DNA of 64,000 nt, from contig CAZHSC010000002.1 in assembly GCA_964534995.1 (NCBI GenBank), positions 16,213 through 80,212 on the forward strand, in the 5' to 3' direction. This DNA comes from an uncultured Bifidobacterium sp. (GTDB taxonomy: Bacteria > Bacteroidota > Bacteroidia > AKYH767-A > OLB10). This document shows positions 27,927 to 36,262 of the stretch, piece after piece (position 1 is the first letter of the stretch; every line of letters begins with the position of its first letter). The position numbers and the translations under genes are program-made. Below the pieces are notes generated by a model. That model did not search any database and was not told the DNA's origin. It saw only the letters and a list, made by a program, of their open reading frames with translations.

Positions 27927-29222
27927 TTATTCCCAATGATCTTTTTTAAAAAATAAACAGGCATCTCCATAGCTTAAAAACCTGTATTCATTTTGTAACG
28001 CATACTTGTAAATTTTCTTCCAGTCATCGCCCACCATTGCAGCCACCAATAATAACAGCGTACTGTTTGGCTGGTGAAAATTAGTAAGCAAAGCCTCCAC
28101 CAACTGCCAATTATAACCGGGAGTAATGATAAGGTGGGTGCGGCCTGTCAGTTCAGTGATACCCAGACGTTCCATGTAACGGATCACTGCCTGCAAGGCG
28201 GTTTTACAATCGGGAAGTTCACCGGCCGAATATTGATACGGCAACCACTGATCAATAATTATATCACCAATCCGGTCTTTTTGCATGATCAGGGTTACAC
28301 CCACCCAGTATAAACTTTCCAGGGTCCTGGCCGAGGTAGTACCCACTGCTACCAGGGTATGTAATCCTTTGGCAACAGCAAGGCGACGGATAAGCTCCAA
28401 CTGAACAACAAAACGTTCGCCATGCATGGAATGCCCTTCCATAGTTTCGCTTGTAACCTGCCGGAAGGTACCAGCACCCACATGCAGGGTAAGCCGTTCC
28501 AGCATGAAACCTTTTTGCCGCAATTCCATCAGCATTTCTTCAGTGAAATGTAAACCCGCCGTTGGGGCTGCCACAGAACCTTCCTGGTCCGCATAAACGG
28601 TATTATAGGTGCTGATATCTTCCAGGGTGCTCTTCCTTTTCAAATATGGAGGAATCGGCAGTTCCCCTAACAACTCCAGTAAAGCCGAAAAAGTGTAAGC
28701 CGGATGATCCCATGAAATACGAATGATAAAATCCCTTTCCTGCTGATCCAGTTTTGTAAACGTTACCACAACGTCCCCAAGCGGGCCAATGATGGATCTA
28801 CTCAATGATTTTTTCTTCCACCTGCGCGCATTGCCAATCATACATTTCCAATCGACCGGACCGGTAGCATTAAAAACATCATATATGGACAATTTTCCGG
28901 CCGGTTCAAGGCAAAAGCACTCCAGTTCACTACCTGACTCTGTATGCAGCTTAATCCGGGCTTTGATTACCCTGGTGTCGTTAAAAACCAGGAGGGAAGA
29001 AGCCGGAAGAAAAGAAGCTATATTCCTGAAAAAACTTCCCTGTATTACGGGTGCTTTATACACCAGCAGCCGTGAAGCGGACCTGTCGGCAAGCGGAAAG
29101 ACGGCTATTCGGTCCTCCGGAAGAGTATAACTGTAGTCTTTAATTTGTAATGCCTGTGGGTTTTTCAATGTTTCCATTTGCGGCACAGCCATCTTTTCGG
29201 AATTGCCCTTGTTCTGTGACAT
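27927..29222 (-). CDS. queA: S-adenosylmethionine:tRNA ribosyltransferase-isomerase
   Basis: SRLLV, VFNDTRVIKAR, LPIPPY, GSVAAPTAGLHFT, TLHVGAGTF, AVGTTSARTLES, TNFHQPNSTL, YRFLSYGD. Confidence 0.93.
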   Translation of the reverse strand: MSQNKGNSEKMAVPQMETLKNPQALQIKDYSYTLPEDRIAVFPLADRSASRLLVYKAPVIQGSFFRNIASFLPASSLLVFNDTRVIKARIKLHTESGSELECFCLEPAGKLSIYDVFNATGPVDWKCMIGNARRWKKKSLSRSIIGPLGDVVVTFTKLDQQERDFIIRISWDHPAYTFSALLELLGELPIPPYLKRKSTLEDISTYNTVYADQEGSVAAPTAGLHFTEEMLMELRQKGFMLERLTLHVGAGTFRQVTSETMEGHSMHGERFVVQLELIRRLAVAKGLHTLVAVGTTSARTLESLYWVGVTLIMQKDRIGDIIIDQWLPYQYSAGELPDCKTALQAVIRYMERLGITELTGRTHLIITPGYNWQLVEALLTNFHQPNSTLLLLVAAMVGDDWKKIYKYALQNEYRFLSYGDACLFFKKDHWE

Positions 29223-29358
29223 TTGATTCAGAGGGCATAGTTACCAAAAAGCCCGATATGAAAATGAAAACTGACCAACAATTCATAATTTTACATAGCC
29301 TGAGCAATGTTACGAAAGGCCCGTGAATTTTTCACTTATTATTGTAAAAATGAAAATG

Positions 29359-29366
29359 TATTTTTG
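29359..29366 (+). promoter_or_regulatory. -7 box (TATTTTTG)
   Basis: Exact TAnnTTTG 19 nt before the ATG at 29386. Confidence 0.55.
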
Positions 29367-29385
29367 ACCTTAAGAAATATATGGC

Positions 29386-30168
29386 ATGACATCTGACTTA
29401 AAGAAAATCATTTACCTGTTTATCTTCCTGGTTGCCGGTATAAAACCGATCCATGCTCAATTAGGATTTGTGGAACTCAGGAAAGAAATAAGCTGCTTTG
29501 ACAATACCCGATGTGTCAGCCAGGAATTCACCATCAGCCTGCCCTATTTTGACATCCCCGAAAAAGGGGGAGCCATCCCGCTCATCAATGACAGTGTGTA
29601 CCGGATTGCCTCCTCCATACTGAATGACATGAACCATCAGGTGCAATTCCAACATACTTCGTGGACTGAGGATAAAGCTGGAATTGATGCCTGTGAAAGC
29701 GGGATTAACTCCTCCGAATCCAGAGAATTATATTATTCCATTCTATACAATGAAAATAACATCCTCAGTTTTATCCTTCGTAATGACTGGATCGTTGAAA
29801 AACAGATGATCCTGAAAAGTGACTTTGTTACCGCCGAACAACAAAATATTTATTGTTTCAGCGTTGATCTCAGTACGGATAAAGTCATTGACGTAAACTC
29901 ACTGTTCAAATCTGAAGACCGTTCAAAAATCATCGACATGATCCGGGCCGAATATGAACTTGAATATGAAGAAGAAATGACAAAAGCGGGTGACCGTTTA
30001 AGGTATTGCGGATTATTACTTACGCCCATGAAGATGATTGCGGCGTATACCATCCTGCTTCCGGATGATCAGTCGGAAGTAAGGACGGTTGAACTTCAAT
30101 TGAATGAGGTTTACGATTATATGCAAGTCCAATACCAACCTATGCTGAATCCATATGGTAAAGAATAA
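29386..30168 (+). CDS. Hypothetical secreted protein (possible RsiV/DUF3298-like fold)
   Basis: Signal peptide; ISLPYF, YNENNILSFIL, FSVDLSTDKVIDVNSLF resemble DUF4163/DUF3298 proteins. Confidence 0.55.
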   Translation: MTSDLKKIIYLFIFLVAGIKPIHAQLGFVELRKEISCFDNTRCVSQEFTISLPYFDIPEKGGAIPLINDSVYRIASSILNDMNHQVQFQHTSWTEDKAGIDACESGINSSESRELYYSILYNENNILSFILRNDWIVEKQMILKSDFVTAEQQNIYCFSVDLSTDKVIDVNSLFKSEDRSKIIDMIRAEYELEYEEEMTKAGDRLRYCGLLLTPMKMIAAYTILLPDDQSEVRTVELQLNEVYDYMQVQYQPMLNPYGKE

Positions 30169-30877
30169 ACCGGGTATTTTTGATCTTTTCTCATGGACAT
30201 TTCTGTTGTTGCTTATTAATATATCATCCTCCGTAAAAGGCCAATACTGCATTACAACGCTACAATGTGACAGCATGCTTATGCAATGCGACACCATTAG
30301 CAGGGAGTATTTCAATGCTTCAAATAAGACCCTGAAAAAACTGAAGTTCGGTCAGCCCGGATCCTCCGTGGAATACCTGTACAATGAGCGGGGACACCTG
30401 AACCGGAAAGTCCACCGTAATCATGTGGGCGAAATTCAGAAAACAAATTATATATATTCCGACAGCAGCGGAAGCTGGTATTGTGACAGCCTGATCGATA
30501 AAAGCGGCATCCTGCTCTTTGTCTTTCGCCGCACTCCTGCAAAAACAGAAAACACATACCAGATTGAATGGTTTTACAAAAAAGATACCGTGGCGAGTTC
30601 ACGGCAATTATTGCATTATGATTCCAACGGAAATGAATTGAGCAATTCAACCTGTTACAGCGCCGATAATTGCATCAGCTACCGTTTCTTCTATTCAGGA
30701 AACAGAAAGCTGTCATCCGAATTGTGGGTACTGACCGAAAATGGAAGCAACCCGGTACTCAGGGAAACCGAGGAATATTATTACAGCGATGAAGATGATT
30801 TACCGGAAGGTTCCATTCGTTTTTCGGAGCCCGGGCACCGCCGTATTGGCAGTTACCGGTACCTGGTGAGCAAGTGA
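30155..30877 (+). CDS. Hypothetical secreted beta-hairpin repeat (YD/MORN-like) protein
   Basis: Signal peptide; EYLYNERGHL, HYDSNGNEL, YYYSDE repeats; overlaps the upstream gene. Confidence 0.6.
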   Translation: MVKNKPGIFDLFSWTFLLLLINISSSVKGQYCITTLQCDSMLMQCDTISREYFNASNKTLKKLKFGQPGSSVEYLYNERGHLNRKVHRNHVGEIQKTNYIYSDSSGSWYCDSLIDKSGILLFVFRRTPAKTENTYQIEWFYKKDTVASSRQLLHYDSNGNELSNSTCYSADNCISYRFFYSGNRKLSSELWVLTENGSNPVLRETEEYYYSDEDDLPEGSIRFSEPGHRRIGSYRYLVSK

Positions 30878-31012
30878 GTATTTTTACGCTGACGCAGAGG
30901 TAAAAAATGCGCTTTTTTTATCCGAAGTTTTTATAAAATAACCCTGATTTTTATACTGTTTACCCATTTTAAAAGGTAAAGCCGTTCGATCAGTACTACC
31001 TTTCACAAAAAA

Positions 31013-33094
31013 ATGACGATGAAAAAAATCTTACTGCTCATAGCAATTGAATATTCCCAGGTATGTTTTTCACAAATTTCCATTACTTCCGGTGATATGC
31101 CATCGGCAGGAGATACTGCCAGAAGGACACAGGCTCCCCTTACACTTGGATTAAACTACCAGGCAAGCGGGGCAAACCACACCTGGAATTTCAGTAATTT
31201 AAGATATCAGTCGCAACAGGTGGATACTTTCTATTCCGTTTCCTCCACCAATTTCCTGTACGCCCTCTTTTTTTCGAATTTACCCTTTAATCCCAACCGC
31301 GCGAATGTTGCTACCACGGGACAGGCATTTCCAAGTAACCCTTTTATCACCATCACCGATCCCTACAATTTTTATTACAGGTCATCAGCGGCCTATGAGC
31401 AAGTAGGACTGGGTGCCAGTTTTCAGGGAATACCTTTACCTGTCGCCTTCACGCAAAAAGATAAAATTTATCAGTTCCCGCTCAGTTTTGGGGATGTTGA
31501 TACTTCGTATTCTTCCTGGAATGCCAGTTTACCCGGTATGATATATTACGGTTCGAGTCTCACGAGAATCAATCAGGTGGACGGATGGGGCACCCTCAAT
31601 ACGCCATACGGCACCTATCAGGCGCTTCGGGTAAAGAGCACCTTACTGGCATCAGACACCCTTTATCTCGACTCCCTGTCCATTGGTATGCAGATCAACA
31701 GGCCCGTTACCCATGAATATAAATGGCTGGTAAACGGTGAAATTGTACCGGCCCTGCAAATTACCACTACCGAGGTATTCGGTATTGAAATCATCAGCTC
31801 CATATTATTCAGGGATGTTGTTCCGGCAATAACCACCGCTGCATTGCCTGTTGCCATTTGCGCAGGCAGCAGTTTCCAGGTTCCATTTACTGAATTTGGT
31901 ACCTTCAACAGCGGGACTTTGTTCAGCCCGGGTAATGTATTCACTGCGCAACTTTCCGACGCCAACGGTGATTTCAGCAATGCCATTACCATAGGCGACA
32001 GTACCACCAACCAATCAGGGAATTTCGGAGTGAATATTCCGGCAGGAACACCGGCGGGTAACGGCTACCGCATACGCATTATTTCGTCCAACCCTGCCGT
32101 TATCGGATCTGACAATGGTACGGATATACGTATTGACAACGGGCTTCCGGCAGCAAGTATTATCGCTGCTGGCAGTCAGGGTCCCTTTTGCTGGGGTGAC
32201 AGCACGGAGCTTAATGGAAGCCAGGTTAACGATGTAAGCTACCAGTGGATGCTCAACGCGGTCGCACTGAGCGGTGCAAACGCTTTGAGTCATTTCGCGA
32301 ATCAACCCGGTGATTATACCCTCAACACCATTAATGCATGTGGAGTAAGCAGCTCAAACACCATCAGCATCGTATTTGACAGCCTTCCACAGAACGCTGT
32401 GATCGCCTCCACCGGAAACACCACTTTCTGTGAAGGAGATTCTGTTCTGCTCAATGCCGGTATGTTCAGCGGTGTGACCTACCAATGGCAGCAAAACGGG
32501 GTGGATATTCCGGGCGCCCTGAGCACTGCCTTATCGGTGAGTCAGACAGGGACATATACCTTAAACACTATTAACCATTGCGGCACCAGCTCCTCCAATT
32601 CCATACAGGTCAATGCTCATCCACTCCCCCCTTTACCTGTTATCAGTGCATCCAATGATACCCTGTTTACCACAGGCGGCTTTTCCTACATCTGGTACCT
32701 GAACGGAAATGTAATACCCGGAGCGGTGGATTCCTTTCTGGTGGTAAATACGTCCGGACAATATGAAGTAGGTATCACCAACATCGATTCCTGCAGCAGT
32801 CTTTCCAATCCTTACAATTATATAAGTACGGGTATGAACGGCGGCATCGGTGGAAGCGGCATCCGCCTATTTCCAAACCCGGTTCGTGATTTATTAAGTT
32901 TACAACTTGCAGAAAGAGGCGAATATGTAATTGAAATACTCAGCGCCGAAGGAAAAAAGGTAAGCGGACCACATTTGTTTAGCGGTTCAGGCATACAAAT
33001 CATGCTTCCCGCATCCCTGGAAAGCGGAATATATTTCATCAGAATACAAAATGAGTTTACAAGCCTGACGCAACGTTTTGTTCTCAGCCGTTAA
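31013..33094 (+). CDS. T9SS type-A CTD secreted protein with Ig-like repeats
   Basis: QISITSGDMPSAGDT N-module, VDGWGTLNTPYG, tandem FC.GDS..L…YQW…GDYTL…CG repeats, LFPNPV CTD. Confidence 0.85.
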   Translation: MTMKKILLLIAIEYSQVCFSQISITSGDMPSAGDTARRTQAPLTLGLNYQASGANHTWNFSNLRYQSQQVDTFYSVSSTNFLYALFFSNLPFNPNRANVATTGQAFPSNPFITITDPYNFYYRSSAAYEQVGLGASFQGIPLPVAFTQKDKIYQFPLSFGDVDTSYSSWNASLPGMIYYGSSLTRINQVDGWGTLNTPYGTYQALRVKSTLLASDTLYLDSLSIGMQINRPVTHEYKWLVNGEIVPALQITTTEVFGIEIISSILFRDVVPAITTAALPVAICAGSSFQVPFTEFGTFNSGTLFSPGNVFTAQLSDANGDFSNAITIGDSTTNQSGNFGVNIPAGTPAGNGYRIRIISSNPAVIGSDNGTDIRIDNGLPAASIIAAGSQGPFCWGDSTELNGSQVNDVSYQWMLNAVALSGANALSHFANQPGDYTLNTINACGVSSSNTISIVFDSLPQNAVIASTGNTTFCEGDSVLLNAGMFSGVTYQWQQNGVDIPGALSTALSVSQTGTYTLNTINHCGTSSSNSIQVNAHPLPPLPVISASNDTLFTTGGFSYIWYLNGNVIPGAVDSFLVVNTSGQYEVGITNIDSCSSLSNPYNYISTGMNGGIGGSGIRLFPNPVRDLLSLQLAERGEYVIEILSAEGKKVSGPHLFSGSGIQIMLPASLESGIYFIRIQNEFTSLTQRFVLSR
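32159..32820 (+). repeat. Two full plus one partial ~80-aa Ig/PKD-like repeats
   Basis: PFCWGDSTEL…YQWMLN…GDYTLNTINACG vs TFCEGDSVLL…YQWQQN…GTYTLNTINHCG. Confidence 0.7.
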
Positions 33095-33100
33095 CCGTAT

Positions 33101-33706
33101 TCAGAACAATGACAATTGCAATTCCTTTAGTTGAAACGAGCGGCGGTGGTGAGGAGAATACCCAAAGGTACGGATAGCCTGTACATGGGTATCGGTCCCA
33201 TACGCTTTATTCCTGTCCCAGGCATATTGCGGAAATTCCTGGTGCAGGATTTTCATATAGGCATCCCTGTGTGTCTTTGCCAGAATGGAAGCCGCTGCCA
33301 CCGATAAATAAGTAGCATCCCCTTTCACCATGCATTTATGGGGGATGCCCGCATATCCCGGAAAGCGGTTACCGTCAATCAGAATAAATTCAGGTTCGGG
33401 TGACAGTTTACCTATGGCTTCCTTCATCGCTTTAAAAGTAGCGTTTAGAATATTTATCCTGTCAATCTCTTCGGGCAGCACCAGTGATACCGACCAGGCA
33501 AGCGCTTCCTTTTCAATCAGCCTCCTCAGGTTATCCCGCATACTTTCCGGTAATTTCTTTGAATCATTCAACACTTCATACCAATCATAGGTAATGCCGG
33601 GAGGGAGGATCACCGCGGCGGCAAAAACCGGACCTGCCAGAGAACCCCTTCCGGCTTCATCTACTCCTGCTTCGAGGACCTCCTGGTTGTATGACATTTC
33701 AAGCAT
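33101..33706 (-). CDS. rnhB: Ribonuclease HII
   Basis: GVDEAGRGSLAGPV, LNDSKKL, IDGN, KGD, AAASILAK, PHHRRSF. Confidence 0.95.
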   Translation of the reverse strand: MLEMSYNQEVLEAGVDEAGRGSLAGPVFAAAVILPPGITYDWYEVLNDSKKLPESMRDNLRRLIEKEALAWSVSLVLPEEIDRINILNATFKAMKEAIGKLSPEPEFILIDGNRFPGYAGIPHKCMVKGDATYLSVAAASILAKTHRDAYMKILHQEFPQYAWDRNKAYGTDTHVQAIRTFGYSPHHRRSFQLKELQLSLF

Positions 33707-33741
33707 CAGAAATAAAATTCATCCGGCCCTCTAAATTGCTT

Positions 33742-33749
33742 TAAATTTG
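33742..33749 (+). promoter_or_regulatory. -7 box (TAAATTTG) for the flippase
   Basis: Exact TAnnTTTG; the ORF-track TTG start lies inside it, so the real ATG is probably 33765. Confidence 0.6.
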
Positions 33750-33764
33750 CCAGCCTGTCAAGCC

Positions 33765-35210
33765 ATGCAAAAAAAATTTGTCACCAACCTGGCATTTCTT
33801 CTGTTCCTGAACCTGTTGATCAAGCCGTTCTGGATTCTGGGCATTGACCGTGCCGTCCAGAATACCGTAGGAGCTTCATCATACGGACTTTACGCGGCAC
33901 TATTTAACTTTTCCTTCCTTTTTAACATCCTGCTCGATATCGGGATTACCAATTTCAACAACCGGAATATTTCACAACATAATCACTTGTTGCAAAAGCA
34001 TTTTTCGGGCATCCTGGCGCTGAGGCTGCTGCTGGCTTTTGCCTACTTCCTCTTCAGTCTTGGGGTGGCATGGCTGTTGGGCTACCGTGAGGAACAGCTG
34101 TGGATACTGCTGGTGCTGCTGCTCAACCAGGCGCTCATATCCTTTATCCTCTACCTGCGATCCAACCTGGCCGGGCTCCAACTTTTCCGTATCGACAGCA
34201 TGATATCCATCCTGGACCGGTTCATCATGATAGTACTTTGTGGTATTTTGCTTTGGGGTGGTATTACGGACATTCCCTTCCAAATCGAATGGTTTGTATG
34301 GGCACAAACCATCGCCTATGCCATCACCGCCATATTCACTTTTCTCATCCTGGCATCCCGGGTAAAAAATATCTCTCTGAAATGGGACCCAAAATTTTTC
34401 ATGATCATCCTTAAACAAAGCTATCCCTTTGCCATTCTCATCCTGTTAATGACATTTTACAACCGTATCGACTCGGTGATGCTCGAAAGGATGCTGCCTG
34501 ATGGTGCAGAGCAGGCTGGTATTTATGCCCAGGCCTATCGCCTGCTGGATGCTGCCAATATGATTGCCTACCTGTTTTCAGGTTTGTTGCTGCCGATGTT
34601 CTCACACATGCTAAAGCATAAGAAACCCATCGAAGAGTTGGTTGAACTGTCTTTTTCCTTTATTGCCATACCTGCCATCATGGTGATGGCCTGCGGCGTT
34701 TTTTACAGTGAAGAAATTATGGGTTTGCTGTATCATGCACACGTCAAGGAATCAGGTGATGTTTTTATATTAATCATTAACTGTTTCCTTGCCATTAGTT
34801 CCGTTTACATTTTTGGCACCCTGCTCACCGCCAATGGAAACCTTACGCATCTCAATATGATTGCAACCGGTGGTATGTTGCTAAACATTTTGATCAACTT
34901 TATACTGATACCCCGCTATCAGGCTACCGGAGCGGCGGTTGCAAGTGTGGTCACCCAGTTTTTATCAGCGGGTGCACAAATACTGCTTGCACATCATATA
35001 TTCAGGTTCCGGATGAGGTGGAGACTGGCGGTCCGTTACAGCCTGTTCACCGGTATCGCATTTCTACTCTTTTGGTTTACCAGTCAGTTTTCATCCTTCT
35101 TCCTTTGGAGGGCGGGATTCGGGGTATTTTCCTGTTTCATGATCGCCTTATTATTGAAGCTCATCCGGCCCTTTGAATTATTCAGACTCATCAAATACGG
35201 TGACAATTAG
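33765..35210 (+). CDS. Wzx-type oligosaccharide flippase
   Basis: About 12-14 TM; LLDIGITNFNNR, RIDSVML, GIYAQAYRL, NFILIPRYQATGAA. Confidence 0.88.
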   Translation: MQKKFVTNLAFLLFLNLLIKPFWILGIDRAVQNTVGASSYGLYAALFNFSFLFNILLDIGITNFNNRNISQHNHLLQKHFSGILALRLLLAFAYFLFSLGVAWLLGYREEQLWILLVLLLNQALISFILYLRSNLAGLQLFRIDSMISILDRFIMIVLCGILLWGGITDIPFQIEWFVWAQTIAYAITAIFTFLILASRVKNISLKWDPKFFMIILKQSYPFAILILLMTFYNRIDSVMLERMLPDGAEQAGIYAQAYRLLDAANMIAYLFSGLLLPMFSHMLKHKKPIEELVELSFSFIAIPAIMVMACGVFYSEEIMGLLYHAHVKESGDVFILIINCFLAISSVYIFGTLLTANGNLTHLNMIATGGMLLNILINFILIPRYQATGAAVASVVTQFLSAGAQILLAHHIFRFRMRWRLAVRYSLFTGIAFLLFWFTSQFSSFFLWRAGFGVFSCFMIALLLKLIRPFELFRLIKYGDN

Positions 35211-35239
35211 AATGTTAACTGCTATTTGACAGATTAAGT

Positions 35240-35247
35240 TATTTTTG
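35240..35247 (+). promoter_or_regulatory. -7 box (TATTTTTG) for wzz
   Basis: Exact TAnnTTTG 21 nt before the ATG at 35269. Confidence 0.5.
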
Positions 35248-35268
35248 CCATCCCAAATCGGTGATCGC

Positions 35269-36258
35269 ATGAACCCAAAGCCAGAAGCATCAGAAAAGCT
35301 GGATGCTATACGCCTCTTAAAATTTATCCTTAAGTGGAAAAAACAGTTGATTATCACAGGTATTTCAGCCATCATAGTATCCTTCCTGTTTACGCTTCCC
35401 CAGATCATGACACCCATGTACAAAGCTACCACCGTCATATATCCGGTAAATATTCAAACGTATTCAAAGGAGACTTCTACCGAACAGATGGTGCAGCTGT
35501 TGAATTCAGAAGATGTGAAGGAAAATCTTATCAAAGCATTTAACCTTTACCGGCATTATGATATTGACAGTACCGGAAAATACCCGCGCTTTGAAATCAT
35601 GAAGCGCCTTGAGGAGAATATTTCCATTTCAAAAACTGAATTTGAATCCATCGAAATCAACATTCTGGATGAAGATCCTGTTCTTGCCGCGAGTATGTGC
35701 GATTCCCTGCTGCATTATGTAGACCGGAAAGCCATCAGTCTGGTGCGTATAAGGGCAAAAGAAGTGCTGGTGATTGCCTACAACCAGATGATGGAGAAAA
35801 AGCAGGAACTGGACTCTATGGAAAACGCCATTAAAAACATCCGGGTGCAATACGGCATCAGTGATTTCGAGAATATGGTAGAAGGCTTTTCCAGGGAATA
35901 CTATCGTTCGCTGAGCAGCGGGGGAGCTAACCAAAAGATGGAGACTACGCGTAAAAACCTGGAAGAAAAGGGAGGAGAATATGTTTTTCTGAAGGAAATG
36001 CTCTGGAAAGTAAGGGGGCAGTACTCCGATTACAAACTCCGCTATGAACAAGCCCTCACCGACATGAAAAAGGAACTGGAATTTCATAACACCATTACCA
36101 AAGCGATTCCGCCCGAGCGGAAAGATTCCCCCAAGCGGACCCTCATCATGTTAATTTTCACAGCGAGTGTGATGTTCGTAGCCTTGCTCATCATCATTTA
36201 CCAGGAGCATTACAAATCCCGCTTTGAAAAGGAAATTACAGGAACCATTAATTCCTGA
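35269..36258 (+). CDS. Wzz-like chain-length determinant
   Basis: N-terminal TM, PMYKATTVIYP, coiled-coil periplasmic region, AIPPERKDSPKR before the C-terminal TM. Confidence 0.85.
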   Translation: MNPKPEASEKLDAIRLLKFILKWKKQLIITGISAIIVSFLFTLPQIMTPMYKATTVIYPVNIQTYSKETSTEQMVQLLNSEDVKENLIKAFNLYRHYDIDSTGKYPRFEIMKRLEENISISKTEFESIEINILDEDPVLAASMCDSLLHYVDRKAISLVRIRAKEVLVIAYNQMMEKKQELDSMENAIKNIRVQYGISDFENMVEGFSREYYRSLSSGGANQKMETTRKNLEEKGGEYVFLKEMLWKVRGQYSDYKLRYEQALTDMKKELEFHNTITKAIPPERKDSPKRTLIMLIFTASVMFVALLIIIYQEHYKSRFEKEITGTINS

Positions 36259-36262
36259 TACC

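Noticed and set aside
30878-30920. Terminator after the YD-like gene
   Set aside because: The stem is almost all A/T with a large loop; too weak to call.
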